A stretch of 64,000 bases of DNA from an uncultured bacterium (GTDB lineage Bacteria > Oederibacteriota > Oederibacteriia > Oederibacteriales > Oederibacteriaceae), in contig OZ218778.1 in NCBI GenBank assembly GCA_965112635.1, positions 608,001-672,000 on the forward strand, written 5' to 3'. The notes under the pieces are model-generated. The model did not search any database. It saw nothing but the letters and a program-made list of their open reading frames with translations, and was not told the DNA's origin. Numbering within the stretch: the first letter of the stretch is position 1; each line of letters opens with the position of its first letter. Both the position numbers and the translations under genes were made by a program. Below, piece by piece: positions 35,409-46,244 of this stretch.

Positions 35409-36630
35409 GTTTGAAAAACTCCTTTGTCTTTTTGATCGCCTCGACGAGCTGGTCCACTTCCCTGAGCTTGTTATACAGGTAAAAGCTGGCCCTCGCCGTG
35501 GAGGCTACTCCCAGGACGCTCATCAAAGGCTGGGCGCAATGGTGCCCGGCCCGGATGGCGATGCCCTCCTGGTCCAAAACCGTGCCCACGTCATGGGCAT
35601 GGACCCCGTCAATATTAAAGGAAACGATCCCGCTCCGCTTGACCGCTTCCCTCGGCCCGTAAAGCGTCACTCCGGGGATGCGGCCGATCTGGTTCAGGGC
35701 GTATTCGGTCAGGTCTATCTCGTGCTCATGAATGGCATCGATCCCGACTTTTTTGATGTAATCAATGGCCGCCCCAAGGCCGATAACGCTGCTGATGGCC
35801 ATGGTGCCCGCTTCGAACTTATAGGGGACCTCGTTCCAGGTTGACTGCTCCCATTTGACTTCTAATATCATGTGACCCCCTCCGGTCATGGGTTCCATCT
35901 TATCCAGCAAATCTTTCCTGCCCCATAAGACGCCTGCCCCGGTCGGTCCCAGCATTTTATGTCCGGAAAAGGCCAGAAAGTCGGCTCCCAGGGCCACTAC
36001 ATCCACCAGCTGGTGCGGCACGCTCTGGGCGGCATCCACCAAAAGCAATGAACCGTTCTTGTGGATGGCTGGCGACAGGCACTCTACGGCGTTCAGGGTC
36101 CCCAGCACGTTGGAGACCTGGCACATGGCCACCATTTTGACTTGGGGGGTGAGTAAAGATTTAAAGTGGTTATAATCCAGTTCGCCCTTGGCTGTGATCT
36201 GGCAATATTTGAGTTTGGCCTGCTTTTCCTTGGCCACCATCTGCCAGGGCACGATATTGCTGTGGTGTTCCATCTGGGTCAGCAGGATCTCGTCCCCGGG
36301 TTTGAGGTTCTGGCCTCCCCAGGACTGCGCGACCAGGTTGATGGACTCCGTGGTGCCCCTAGTGAAAATGACCTCTTTAGGGCTGGGGGCATGGATAAAA
36401 TCCGCCACTTTTTCCCTTGTCTCTTCAAAGGCAGCGGTCGCTTCCTCGCTCAAAGTATGGATGCCCCGGTGGATATTGGAGTTGTAATTCTTGTAATAGT
36501 TCGACACCGCCTCGATGACGGAAAGCGGCTTTTGCGAAGTCGCCGCGTTATCCAGATAAACCAGCGGCTTTCCATGGACCTGCCTTTCCAATATCGGGAA
36601 ATCATCCCTTATTGTTTTCACATCCAACAT
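35401..36630 (-). CDS. sufS: Cysteine desulfurase SufS
   Basis: YLDNAATSQKP, MEHHSNIVPW, FSGHKMLGPTG, RAGHHCAQP. Confidence 0.96.
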   Translation of the reverse strand: MLDVKTIRDDFPILERQVHGKPLVYLDNAATSQKPLSVIEAVSNYYKNYNSNIHRGIHTLSEEATAAFEETREKVADFIHAPSPKEVIFTRGTTESINLVAQSWGGQNLKPGDEILLTQMEHHSNIVPWQMVAKEKQAKLKYCQITAKGELDYNHFKSLLTPQVKMVAMCQVSNVLGTLNAVECLSPAIHKNGSLLLVDAAQSVPHQLVDVVALGADFLAFSGHKMLGPTGAGVLWGRKDLLDKMEPMTGGGHMILEVKWEQSTWNEVPYKFEAGTMAISSVIGLGAAIDYIKKVGIDAIHEHEIDLTEYALNQIGRIPGVTLYGPREAVKRSGIVSFNIDGVHAHDVGTVLDQEGIAIRAGHHCAQPLMSVLGVASTARASFYLYNKLREVDQLVEAIKKTKEFFKRG

Positions 36631-36654
36631 AGCCGACTCCTTTCCTGCAACAAT

Positions 36655-37929
36655 TCAACTTAACCGGTCTAGTTTCTTTTGAATAATGGCGGTCATATCA
36701 TCTTTTAAACTCTGGCTGGGTGCTTGTCCGGCCACCGGCTGGAAAAACCCTTCTACTATCAGTCGTTTAGCGTCCGTGCTGGAAAGCCCCCGGCTCATCA
36801 AATAAAAAAGCTCATTGTCATCTAGGGGCCCCACGGTGGCGGCATGCTTGCAGTGCACGTCATTGGCCTCTATTTCCAGGATGGGAATGGAATCAGCCCC
36901 GGCCTGGCTGCTCAGTAAAAGATTGCGGTTGGTCTGGAAAGCCCGGCTTTGCTGGGCTCCTTTGGCGATGCGTACCGTGCCCATAAAAAAGTATTTGGCC
37001 TGGTCCATGACGCCGGTCTTAAAAAGCAGGTCGCTGGTGGTCTGGCCCGCCTGGTGGTCCTGCAGCACCTTGCAATGGACCTTTTGCTGGCCGCCGTCAA
37101 AAAACAATCCCAGTAGTTTGCTCTCGGCTCCGCTCTCCTTAAGACTGGTCTCAATGTCCAGCTGATGCAGCGCTCCCCCAAAAGAAAGGATTTGGGTCGT
37201 CACTTTGGCCTCCCTCTGCGCCCAAACGCGCAGGCAGCTCAACAGGATATCGGTCGCGCCCAGGTCCTGGAGCTGGACCCAATGGACCTGGCTAGCCGCC
37301 AAAGCGAACACTTCCGTGGCGCTGTGCACCAGGGACGCGCCCAGCCTGTGGCTGGATCGGAACCGCTCCACAAAGGTGACCCGGCTGCCCCTGTCCAGCA
37401 CCAGCAGGTTATGGGGACAATGGATCTTATCCGGCTGGTCCACCATAAATACGGATTCGACCGGCAGTTCCAGTTTGACTTCAGGCGGCACATACAAAAA
37501 TTTGCCGTTGTCCCAAAAAGCCGTATGCAGAGCCAGCAGCCTGGATCTCCCGGTTGCCAGGGCTTGCATAAGATAATTGCGGACCAGGTCAGGGTGATCC
37601 CGCATGGCTTGTCTCAGACTTGTGAAGATCACTCCCTGGGGCAGGTTCTGCGGCGCATTTTCCATGTCCCCAGTCCCAGTCCCGGTTTCAACAGCCCAAG
37701 CCAGGTTCTCGGTGAAGAGCCCGGGGATATCGATTTTTTTCCACTCGGTCTGGCGCCGGTTCGGCCAGGCCAGGCTCAAAACATTTTCCCAGGCCTGCCA
37801 CCGCTTCTGCCGGGCCCATTCCGGTTCTTTATAGGACTCCGCGATCTTCCCTGACTGTTCCCTGGTAAAGATGAGGGGCAGGCCGCGGTCCGTGTCGCTC
37901 TCGTTCGTCTCTCTTAAAACTTCTGCCAT
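36655..37929 (-). CDS. sufD: Fe-S assembly protein SufD
   Basis: [27 protein letters not shown]; start at MAEVL. Confidence 0.9.
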   Translation of the reverse strand: MAEVLRETNESDTDRGLPLIFTREQSGKIAESYKEPEWARQKRWQAWENVLSLAWPNRRQTEWKKIDIPGLFTENLAWAVETGTGTGDMENAPQNLPQGVIFTSLRQAMRDHPDLVRNYLMQALATGRSRLLALHTAFWDNGKFLYVPPEVKLELPVESVFMVDQPDKIHCPHNLLVLDRGSRVTFVERFRSSHRLGASLVHSATEVFALAASQVHWVQLQDLGATDILLSCLRVWAQREAKVTTQILSFGGALHQLDIETSLKESGAESKLLGLFFDGGQQKVHCKVLQDHQAGQTTSDLLFKTGVMDQAKYFFMGTVRIAKGAQQSRAFQTNRNLLLSSQAGADSIPILEIEANDVHCKHAATVGPLDDNELFYLMSRGLSSTDAKRLIVEGFFQPVAGQAPSQSLKDDMTAIIQKKLDRLS

Positions 37930-37948
37930 AACTCCCCCGATTTTAAGT

Positions 37949-39355
37949 TCATCCGACTGCTCCTTCCAGCTGCAGGTCAATGAGGCGGTTGAGCTCCACG
38001 GCATACTCCATGGGAAGCTCCTTGGCCACCGGTTCGATGAATCCGTTGACAATCATTTTCATGGCTTCGGCCTCGGTGAGCCCCCGGCTCATCAGGTAAA
38101 AGAGCTGGTCGTCCCCCACCTTGCTTACCACGGCTTCATGCCCGATGTTGACCTGGTCTTCGTCTATCTCCAGGGTGGGGTAGGTGTCGGACCTGGACTT
38201 GTCGTCCAGGATCAGGGCGTCGCAGCGCACCATGGATTTGGAACCCTCGGCCCCGGCTAGGACCTTTAAAAGCCCGCGAAAGCTGGACCTGCCGCCGTCC
38301 TTGCTGATGGACTTGGAGATGATCTGGGAAGTGGTGTGCGGCGCCATATGGATGACCTTGGCTCCCGCGTCCTGGTGCTGTCCTTCGCCGGCAAAGGCGA
38401 TGGACAAAACCTCCGCCTTGGCCCCGGGTTCTTTGAGGTAAACGCAGGGGTATTTCATGGTCAGCTTGCTGCCCAGGTTGCCGTCCACCCACTCCACGGT
38501 CGCCCCCTCGTAGGCCACCGACCGTTTGGTGACCAGGTTATAGACATTGGTGGACCAGTTCTGGATGGTCGTATAGCGCGCCCGGGCGTACTTTTTGACG
38601 ATGACCTCCACTACGGCCGCGTGCAAAGAATCCGACCGGTAAATGGGCGCCGTACAGCCCTCGACATAGTGCACAAAAGCCCCTTCCTCCACGATGATGA
38701 GGGTCCTCTCGAACTGCCCCATATTGGAGGCATTGATACGGAAATAGGCCTGCAAAGGAATGCTGACCTTGACCCCCTTGGGCACATAGATGAAAGTGCC
38801 GCCGCTCCACACGGCGCTATTTAGGGCTGAAAATTTATTGTCTCCGGCAGGGACCAAGGTCCCGAAATACTCCCGGAAAAGGTCCGGGTACTGTTTGAGC
38901 CCCTCGTCCGCGCTCAAAAAGATCACGCCCTGCTTGGAGAGCTCCTGGTTGATATTGTGGTAAACCATTTCTGAGTCGTACTGTGCCCCCATCCCCGCTA
39001 AAAATTTGCGCTCCGCCTCCGGGATGCCCAGGCGGTCAAAGGTTTTTTTGATATTGGCCGGCACGTCTTCCCAGGACTTTTTGGAACCATCCGAAGGTTT
39101 CAAATAGTAGTAGATATCGTCAAAATCGATGTGCGAAAGGTCTCCTCCCCACTGAGGCATCGGCTTTTTGAGGAATATCTCCAGGGCTTTGAGGCGGTAT
39201 TGCCTCATCCACTCCGGCTCGCCTTTGATACTGGAAATCTCTTCGACAACACCGGCCGTCAATCCCTTGGGAGAGCGGAATACCGACGCCTCCGCGTCCT
39301 GAAAACCGTATTTGTACTTTTCCATAATTTGAGCTTGTTTTTCTGGAGACTCCAT
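37949..39355 (-). CDS. sufB: Fe-S assembly protein SufB
   Basis: [41 protein letters not shown]. Confidence 0.97.
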   Translation of the reverse strand: MESPEKQAQIMEKYKYGFQDAEASVFRSPKGLTAGVVEEISSIKGEPEWMRQYRLKALEIFLKKPMPQWGGDLSHIDFDDIYYYLKPSDGSKKSWEDVPANIKKTFDRLGIPEAERKFLAGMGAQYDSEMVYHNINQELSKQGVIFLSADEGLKQYPDLFREYFGTLVPAGDNKFSALNSAVWSGGTFIYVPKGVKVSIPLQAYFRINASNMGQFERTLIIVEEGAFVHYVEGCTAPIYRSDSLHAAVVEVIVKKYARARYTTIQNWSTNVYNLVTKRSVAYEGATVEWVDGNLGSKLTMKYPCVYLKEPGAKAEVLSIAFAGEGQHQDAGAKVIHMAPHTTSQIISKSISKDGGRSSFRGLLKVLAGAEGSKSMVRCDALILDDKSRSDTYPTLEIDEDQVNIGHEAVVSKVGDDQLFYLMSRGLTEAEAMKMIVNGFIEPVAKELPMEYAVELNRLIDLQLEGAVG

Positions 39356-39363
39356 ACTCCCTC

Positions 39364-40107
39364 TTACTTTCCTTCGCCGACAATATGCTCGTAACCTTTT
39401 TCTTCCACTTCTAGGGCCAGCTCCTTGCCTCCGGAACGCACGATCCGCCCGTCCATCATAATGTGGACAAAATCCGGTTTGATATAATTCAGAAGGCGCT
39501 GGTAATGGGTAATGACCAAAACCCCCAGGCCTGGATTGAGCAGCTTATTGACCCCTTCGGCCACGGTCCGCAAGGCGTCCACATCCAGACCGGAGTCAGG
39601 TTCGTCCAGGATGGCCAGCTGCGGTTCCAGGAGGGCCATCTGCAGGACCTCGGCCCTTTTTTTCTCGCCGCCCGAAAAACCCTCGTTGATGTACCGGGTG
39701 GCAAAGCTTTCTTCCATCTGCAAAAGCTTCATGCGCTCTTTGAAATTTTTCCTAAAACCAGCCGGATCGAATTTTGTCCCCAGCTTGGACTTGACCGCCA
39801 AACGCATGAAGTTGGCCATGGAAACTCCGGGGATCTCCAGAGGGTACTGGAAGGCCAAGAACAACCCCCTCTTCGCCCTCTCGTTCACCGGCAGGGCGAG
39901 GATATCCTCGCCCTTGAGCAGGACCTGGCCTGAGGTCACTTGGTATTTCGGATGGCCCATCAGGGTATTGGCCAGGGTGCTTTTACCCGAACCGTTGCGG
40001 CCCATCAAGGCGTTCACAGCCCCTGCCTCGAGGGTCAAGTCTATCCCTTTGAGGATCTCCTTGCCTTCGACCTGCACCCGCAGGTTCTTGATCTCAAGAA
40101 GCTTCAC
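39364..40107 (-). CDS. sufC: Fe-S assembly ATPase SufC
   Basis: [47 protein letters not shown]. Confidence 0.97.
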   Translation of the reverse strand: MKLLEIKNLRVQVEGKEILKGIDLTLEAGAVNALMGRNGSGKSTLANTLMGHPKYQVTSGQVLLKGEDILALPVNERAKRGLFLAFQYPLEIPGVSMANFMRLAVKSKLGTKFDPAGFRKNFKERMKLLQMEESFATRYINEGFSGGEKKRAEVLQMALLEPQLAILDEPDSGLDVDALRTVAEGVNKLLNPGLGVLVITHYQRLLNYIKPDFVHIMMDGRIVRSGGKELALEVEEKGYEHIVGEGK

Positions 40108-40128
40108 GTTCTCTCCCTTCCTGGATAA

Positions 40129-40626
40129 TCAGCTTGTGGTCTCCTGCATGTATTTATGGAAAGCTTCCTTGACGAACTGGTCCGCGTTAGCCTCGTTTTC
40201 CAGGAACTGTTTGAGGGTGATATGGCTCATGGCGCCGTAAAGGTATTTGGAAAGCGTGAGCCATAAGGGCCGGACCATGCAGCCGGCTTTTCGCACGCAC
40301 TCGCCGTGCAACCCGCTGTAGCGGTTGCAAAATTTTTCCGTCAAGGTTTTTTCCTCTTCGGCCAGGGAGCCGTCCAGGGCCTGCATGATCTGGGCCACGG
40401 TCACATCCTCAGGCGGACGGATGAGCCTGAAACCGCCCTTAGACCCCCGGACACTGGTGACCAACCCGGCCTTTCTCAGGCTGGTGACCAGTTTGGTGGC
40501 ATAGTGCAGGGAGATCTGCTCCAGTTGGGCTATCTCCCTTAAAGAAACCGACTTGCCTTCCTGTTCCCGTCGGGCTACATGGAGCAGGCATCTGAGCCCA
40601 TATTCTTCTATCGCCGTTATCTTCAT
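40129..40626 (-). CDS. Rrf2-family Fe-S-responsive regulator heading the suf operon
   Basis: EYGLRCL, SVRGSKGGFRL, three C-terminal Cys. Confidence 0.92.
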   Translation of the reverse strand: MKITAIEEYGLRCLLHVARREQEGKSVSLREIAQLEQISLHYATKLVTSLRKAGLVTSVRGSKGGFRLIRPPEDVTVAQIMQALDGSLAEEEKTLTEKFCNRYSGLHGECVRKAGCMVRPLWLTLSKYLYGAMSHITLKQFLENEANADQFVKEAFHKYMQETTS

Positions 40627-40642
40627 ATAACAGCCCTTTTCT

Positions 40643-40703
40643 TAATCTTTACTATTCTGTACCTGTATTAAGGATATAATACCTTACTATTTTGTCAAGT
40701 ATT
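40643..40703 (-). promoter_or_regulatory. suf promoter with candidate Rrf2/IscR-like operators
   Basis: TTGACA at 40698-40693 lies inside palindrome AATACCTTAC-TATTTT-GTCAAGTATT; second TTACTATTCTGT copy at 40649-40660. Confidence 0.6.
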
Positions 40704-40779
40704 TAAAAAATTGACTATAACTGCAATAAAACTGGGGTTTGGGGGATTGAGTTGCCGTAGCTGAAAGCTTGGAAAAAAA

Positions 40780-41445
40780 TTAGTTAAAGGCTACCTTTTG
40801 CCTGAACCGTATCATTTCCAGTCTCTGCTTTTCCTGGTCCAGGAATTTCATTTCTTTTTCCAGCCTCATTTGGACAGTAGGCAACTCCAAGAGGTTCTGT
40901 TTATCCTCCAGCTCCAAGGGCAGGACATGCCCCATCCAGTAGGAAAGCCCTATAGGCGAGTTGGGGACCTGGGGGTTTTGCAGAACCTGGCCCGTGACAT
41001 TGGTGAAAAGGTGCAAAAGGGCCTTATTGCCATCGCTGACCTGCTGGTAGAGTTTGGCTACGGCATCTTTATCCCCTGTGGGTTCTGGCTGGAGCCCTAC
41101 TTCAGCCTTGAAATAGGGTTTTTGCTGGAAAATCTCCAGGATCCTGAAACGCTGGCCTCCCCGGACTTCGATCTTGGTCTCCCCTTTTTTGTCCACTGTG
41201 CTTTTAGTGATATTGGCCAGGGTGCCGATGAGGTAAAGCTCCGCCGCCGGATCTGCGGGGGCGCCTTCTTTGACTCCCTTGAGGAGGACCACCCCGAAAG
41301 GCGCCTTCTTTCTCATGCACTCTTTGACCATGAGTTTATAGCGGGCCTCAAAGATGTACAAAGACAGGTTCATCTTGGGGAAAAGCACTGTTTGCAGAGG
41401 GAACAAAGGGATATTCATTCTTTTGCTTTTTTTCATCATGTTCAT
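40780..41445 (-). CDS. Stand-alone LON peptidase substrate-binding domain protein
   Basis: IPLFPLQTVLFP..IFEARY..IGTLA..RFRI..KQNLLE; no AAA or protease domain. Confidence 0.9.
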   Translation of the reverse strand: MNMMKKSKRMNIPLFPLQTVLFPKMNLSLYIFEARYKLMVKECMRKKAPFGVVLLKGVKEGAPADPAAELYLIGTLANITKSTVDKKGETKIEVRGGQRFRILEIFQQKPYFKAEVGLQPEPTGDKDAVAKLYQQVSDGNKALLHLFTNVTGQVLQNPQVPNSPIGLSYWMGHVLPLELEDKQNLLELPTVQMRLEKEMKFLDQEKQRLEMIRFRQKVAFN

Positions 41446-41497
41446 GGCTCCGTGACGCTCATTTTGGTCGTACCTGAATACTAACAAAAGTCTGGAT

Positions 41498-41830
41498 CTA
41501 TTCTGAATACTCCGCCCACTTGCCTTCCCCTTCCCACACTTTAACGCTGAAGAGGAGCGGCAGTTTTTTCTTCAAATCTTGATAAATGGACTCACTGATA
41601 TTTTCGCAAGAGGGATATTTCAGGATATTGTTCAAAAGAACATGGTCGTATTTTTTAAGGACGCTTTGGACGACCGCTTTGACGGCAATGAAATCCTGCA
41701 CCATGCCTTTTTGCTTTTTTCCTTCCAGCACGACCTCCACCTTGTAGGTGTGGCCATGAGGACTGCTGCAGTTGTCATGGTCCGGCAGATAGTGACTGCT
41801 GTCAAAGTGGTCTTCGACCCCGATTCTCAT
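41498..41830 (-). CDS. queD: 6-carboxytetrahydropterin synthase
   Basis: FDSSH..C..PHGHTY, DH.LLN, PSCENI, VWE. Confidence 0.88.
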   Translation of the reverse strand: MRIGVEDHFDSSHYLPDHDNCSSPHGHTYKVEVVLEGKKQKGMVQDFIAVKAVVQSVLKKYDHVLLNNILKYPSCENISESIYQDLKKKLPLLFSVKVWEGEGKWAEYSE

Positions 41831-41870
41831 GCCATCAACTCCCCTGCGGCCGTCATGAATGTCTCTGTAT

Positions 41871-43055
41871 TCATTTTACTAAATTTTTTGCTTTTTCTCT
41901 TACTTCCTCCAGCACGCGGCGTAGCGGTACTCCCCGCTGGCTGGCGATTTTTTTGCACTCCTCGTATTCGGGCGTGACGGTCAACACGCGGCTGCGTGTA
42001 CCGCTGACCTTGACCTGCACCATGCCGTAACGGGTTTTGACCTTCTCGAACCGCCGGAAAAGCTTGTAACGGCTGGCCAGATGCGCCCTGATCCCCACGG
42101 TTGTCGTTTCTTGGAAAAGGATCTCCAGCAAATGGTTCTCCCGGCCTTGCGGGGCTAAGACCGTGACCAATACCCCGGGCCGGTTCTTTTTCATCTGCAC
42201 GGCTGCCATGGTCACATCCAAAGCCCCGGCTTGGAAAAGCTTTTCCAGAACATGGTCATAGATCTGGGGAGACAAATCATCGACCTGGGTTTCCAGGACC
42301 AGAACCTGGTCTGTGTCATAACTTCCCCGCCCTGCGCCAGATTCCCCTATGACTACGCGCAGGTAATTGGCCATTCCCTCGAGGATGCGGGTGCCCGCCC
42401 CATAACCCACCCGCTCAGGGCTCATCCCCGGCATGGCCGTAAATTCCTTGGCCAGGGTCTTGACGATCGCCGCGCCGGTCGGGGTGACCAGTTCCCCCCA
42501 GGGCCCGCTCGAATAGACCTGCTTCCCCTTGAGGATCTCCAGGGTGGCCGGTCCGGGGGCCGGAAGGACGCCGACCATGGTCTTCACCACACCGGCACCT
42601 AGATTTAGAGGTGAACAGCAAACCTTGTCCACCCCCAAAAGGTCCAGCCCGATGACCGCGCCGGCTATGTCCACGATGGTATCCACGCTTCCCAGCTCAT
42701 GAAAATGGATGTTCTCCAGGCTCGTCCTGTGGACGCCTGCTTCAGCCCTGGCCAGCGTAGCGAAGATGTCCAATATTTTCTCCTGAATAGAAGGGGCTAA
42801 TCGGCTGGCCTGGATGGTTTTTTTGATCTCGGAATATTTTCTGCCATGGCCATGGTGCGCCTCGGTCCTGACTATGACTTGGGTGCCGCCAATGGTGGCT
42901 CGGGTCACTTTTTGGGCGCTCAGGGAATATCCGCCGACTTTTATCTTTTTAAGTTCGGCTGCGATCTTTTTGAGGTCGGCCCCGGCATCCACCAAGGCGC
43001 CCAGGATCATGTCTCCGCTGATGCCCGCGTAACAGTCAAAATAACAGATCCTCAT
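41871..43055 (-). CDS. larC: Nickel pincer cofactor biosynthesis protein LarC
   Basis: YFDCYAGISGDMILGAL, HFHELGSVDTIVDI, ELVTPTGAA, MKKNRPG, PEYEEC. Confidence 0.95.
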   Translation of the reverse strand: MRICYFDCYAGISGDMILGALVDAGADLKKIAAELKKIKVGGYSLSAQKVTRATIGGTQVIVRTEAHHGHGRKYSEIKKTIQASRLAPSIQEKILDIFATLARAEAGVHRTSLENIHFHELGSVDTIVDIAGAVIGLDLLGVDKVCCSPLNLGAGVVKTMVGVLPAPGPATLEILKGKQVYSSGPWGELVTPTGAAIVKTLAKEFTAMPGMSPERVGYGAGTRILEGMANYLRVVIGESGAGRGSYDTDQVLVLETQVDDLSPQIYDHVLEKLFQAGALDVTMAAVQMKKNRPGVLVTVLAPQGRENHLLEILFQETTTVGIRAHLASRYKLFRRFEKVKTRYGMVQVKVSGTRSRVLTVTPEYEECKKIASQRGVPLRRVLEEVREKAKNLVK

Positions 43056-43176
43056 TTCGCTCCCCCAAAAAGGCGTTGATACATACCCAGAAAAACCTTT
43101 AACATTCTATTATTTGACAACGGATTTGGAAAGGTCAACTTTCAGGATCCGCTAGCTTCCCAGCCGAAATTGCCTT

Positions 43177-45459
43177 CTAAAAGTTGACGGTGTAGCGGAA
43201 ATTGGTGAGGTAAGTGCTGTAACTCGCATTGGCGACAGCGTTGTCATCATAGAAGGTCGTCCCCAGGGTAAGGATGGCTGAATCTTTTTTACTGAAGATC
43301 TGGCTGTAAGTGGTGTCCACATTCACGCCGATCCTGTTATTGTTCTGAACTCCTGAGTTGTCCTGCGTATCCAGAAAATCCAAACTAAAATTGCTTTTCA
43401 GCCGGTCTGGGACGAACTGGTACCCCACTTTGGTGTTGCCGATATAGGTATCGGTGGTATCGGCGTTTAAAGCCAGGGTGTTGATGCTCATCCCGACTCC
43501 GGCCATAAGGGTCCACGGGTTTTCAAAAGTGGTCGAATCAGAAAGCATCCAGGTAAAGCTGTTATAGTTGTTTAAATTCACGTTATCCTTGTAAATGGTG
43601 GTTGAAAAATTGGCGTCCATATAGGTGGTCTTGCCCCACGGCAGGCTCAGGCTCTGGTCGAGCCCGTAAGTGTCGGACGCATTGTCCACCAGATGCAAAT
43701 AGTTCGTGACGGGCTGGGAATTGCCATTGTCCAGCTGGGACTGCTTGCTGTAGTTAAAACTGGAGGAAACCCCGGCGCCTTCCAAATAGCTGGTACCTAG
43801 ATTATAACTGATGGTATTGGTAGTGCTGAGTTTCTGGCCATTGTTATTGTCCACCCAGGTCTGGCAACGCCCGTTGAACCCAAGTTTGTCATCCAAAACA
43901 GCCGTCCTGCCGTTCAGGGTCCACCCGTTGTAATCCGCCTGCAGGTTGGGATTGCCCATGGCCGCGAACTGGTTGCCCAGATAGGGTAGGCTCACGCCGG
44001 TATCCATGTAATCAAACTCTAAATAATGGACTTTGTAACTGAAGGTGGCATACGCCCTCTGGGCCATGCCCCCGGTTATCCCCAGCACCGTTTGATCGTA
44101 GTTATAAAGGCTCGCGGCCAGCTCGCCGCCGAGGGTCAAATATAAAGGCGAGATCTTAAGCCGGGCGTCCGAAGAAACCACATGGTCGCTGAAAGGCTGG
44201 GCAGACCCCGGGTTGGAAACAGAACCCGCGTCATCATCTATGGAAACATAATTCAACCCGATGAAACTGCCCCATAAACCTGTCTCAAAACGGGAACCGT
44301 ATAGATACTGGGCAAAGGCCGGGGAGGGGCTGGTGGAAAGGTCCACGGCTCTCTGGGTCTGGCCTCCCAGGACGGCCAGTTTGGTGTATAACGAATCCGC
44401 ATCGCCGGATAGCAACGAAATGCTGCCGCCGCGGATCTCCGGAAAGTTGGACAGGGACAGCTCTGAGAAGCTGGCCCCGAAGTCTCCGGCGATCAAACGG
44501 TAATGGCCGTCGCCCGTGGACAGGGTGAACCGGTCCACCATCTGCCGGCTGGGAACATCCTCATTGGTCACATAGGCGGACAGGTTGATGTCCTGATTGC
44601 CGCTCCGCCCTGAGAAATTAAGGCCCGTCCGGTTGGTAAACCCGGCGATCTGGGCGATGTACTGGGTGCTGGACGGCTGCGTGCCCACCCCCACATATTG
44701 TATTTCATCAAAAAAATTACCGCTGAAATAACCTGTCTCTTTGGAGGGAGGGATCACTTGCTCAGCCTCCATCTTGGCTCCCGTGGAAAAATGGAAAGCG
44801 ACATTGGAGACATTGCCGGCCATATCTTTGGCGGTAATGCTCAAGAGGTGGGGCCCGTCCGCCATATCCTCGGAAGGGGTGTAATTCAACAGGGTTTCCG
44901 CGAGCACGGTGTCTTTGGACATATCCTTGCCGTCCAGGACCAACTGGATACCCTGGGGGTCGAGGCTGCTGATATCGTCTTCCAGAGTGAGGGCCAGGAC
45001 CGGCCTTTTCTCCGAAACAGAGGAATCCGGATCAGGATACAACAGGGCGATCTTGGGCCACTGGTTGCCCGCGACGATAGGCGCGCTGAAGGGGGCTTGG
45101 TCGGGACTCTTGGCCGGCAGCGTGGCGACGGTTCCATCCAATCCTTTGACCTCGAAATAATAGTCCAAGCTCCCGGTAACGATTTGAGGCAAAGGGACGA
45201 TGGCCGCGTATTGGCCGGCGCTCAAGCTCATGGAAACCACCCGATAGATCGGCTGGTCCGAGGTCTTCCAGTGCAGCAGGACCGAACCGGCTTGCTGGAC
45301 CGGAGTGATCCCAAGGTAAAACTGCAGGGATTGTCCCGGGCTGACCTGAGGGAATACTTCATGCTCCAGGTTGAATACGGTCGCAGCCATAGCCTGGCTG
45401 GCCAACAGCACCAGGGACAACAATAGGATTGTTAGGCGAACTTTGAACCTATAAGCCAT
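43177..45459 (-). CDS. Outer-membrane protein: two Ig-like domains + large putative beta-barrel
   Basis: Signal peptide (AMA); DYYFEV and LDG..DGPH.L.ITAKDMAGN Ig-like motifs; amphipathic strands ending YTVNF. Confidence 0.6.
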   Translation of the reverse strand: MAYRFKVRLTILLLSLVLLASQAMAATVFNLEHEVFPQVSPGQSLQFYLGITPVQQAGSVLLHWKTSDQPIYRVVSMSLSAGQYAAIVPLPQIVTGSLDYYFEVKGLDGTVATLPAKSPDQAPFSAPIVAGNQWPKIALLYPDPDSSVSEKRPVLALTLEDDISSLDPQGIQLVLDGKDMSKDTVLAETLLNYTPSEDMADGPHLLSITAKDMAGNVSNVAFHFSTGAKMEAEQVIPPSKETGYFSGNFFDEIQYVGVGTQPSSTQYIAQIAGFTNRTGLNFSGRSGNQDINLSAYVTNEDVPSRQMVDRFTLSTGDGHYRLIAGDFGASFSELSLSNFPEIRGGSISLLSGDADSLYTKLAVLGGQTQRAVDLSTSPSPAFAQYLYGSRFETGLWGSFIGLNYVSIDDDAGSVSNPGSAQPFSDHVVSSDARLKISPLYLTLGGELAASLYNYDQTVLGITGGMAQRAYATFSYKVHYLEFDYMDTGVSLPYLGNQFAAMGNPNLQADYNGWTLNGRTAVLDDKLGFNGRCQTWVDNNNGQKLSTTNTISYNLGTSYLEGAGVSSSFNYSKQSQLDNGNSQPVTNYLHLVDNASDTYGLDQSLSLPWGKTTYMDANFSTTIYKDNVNLNNYNSFTWMLSDSTTFENPWTLMAGVGMSINTLALNADTTDTYIGNTKVGYQFVPDRLKSNFSLDFLDTQDNSGVQNNNRIGVNVDTTYSQIFSKKDSAILTLGTTFYDDNAVANASYSTYLTNFRYTVNF

Positions 45460-45492
45460 TCTGACTTCTGTTTCTCCTCCAGTCGCTCTTGA

Positions 45493-46233
45493 TTATTTTT
45501 GATAATCCAGGATCAAAGTCTTGCTCTGGCCTGAAGCGTCCTTGACATTCACCTGCAACTTCTTGGTAGGCACAGCGGTGGGCACCGGCGTGGGTGTCGG
45601 GTTGGGCACGGGGATCTTGCCCAGGTTCACGATGACCGGCGTGGAAGGAGGCTGGTTCTGCCCAGACCGGCTTTGTTTGGAAGCATCCACCAAAGCGCTC
45701 CCCAGTTTGTTCTTGAACTCCACCAGTCCCTCGAACACCGTCAAGATGGCGTCTCCGTTCTTATCCACACTCATCATAAAGGTAGTGCCCTTGATGGCGG
45801 CTACCCCGTTGGCGCTTTGCACTTCCAGGGGTTCCGTCCTCTTGGTGACTTTCATCCACAGGTCCCCGATGGCCAACGCGATGGCCGTGAGGATCTTGGG
45901 TGCGGGTTTCCCTTTTTCCGGCGCTGGTATAGAGAACTCCGCTTCTTCGCCGACGCTGGAACGGCTGCCGTCTTTATAAACGACGATGACCCCGGCGCCG
46001 GTATCGGTCTTGAGAGAGTCCCCAAAGAACACGATTTCACCCGTCTTGGCCAGGCTGTATTTGTCTGTAGCGATATGCTTGATCAGGACATTGCCTTTGA
46101 TAAGAGTGATGGTTCCGACCGGGACCTTTTTGGGGTTGGCCGCGTTCAGGCCAACAGCGCAAAATACAAACAACAAAAAGCAGGTCAGCACGGCCAGCTT
46201 CAAACCAGTTATGAGTCTAATGTTTTTCATCAT
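45493..46233 (-). CDS. Exported FecR-domain protein
   Basis: Signal peptide; GDSLKT..YKDGS..GDLW.KV..VAAIKGTTF..VFEGLV; PT tail. Confidence 0.8.
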   Translation of the reverse strand: MMKNIRLITGLKLAVLTCFLLFVFCAVGLNAANPKKVPVGTITLIKGNVLIKHIATDKYSLAKTGEIVFFGDSLKTDTGAGVIVVYKDGSRSSVGEEAEFSIPAPEKGKPAPKILTAIALAIGDLWMKVTKRTEPLEVQSANGVAAIKGTTFMMSVDKNGDAILTVFEGLVEFKNKLGSALVDASKQSRSGQNQPPSTPVIVNLGKIPVPNPTPTPVPTAVPTKKLQVNVKDASGQSKTLILDYQK

Positions 46234-46244
46234 GGCCTCTCCTT

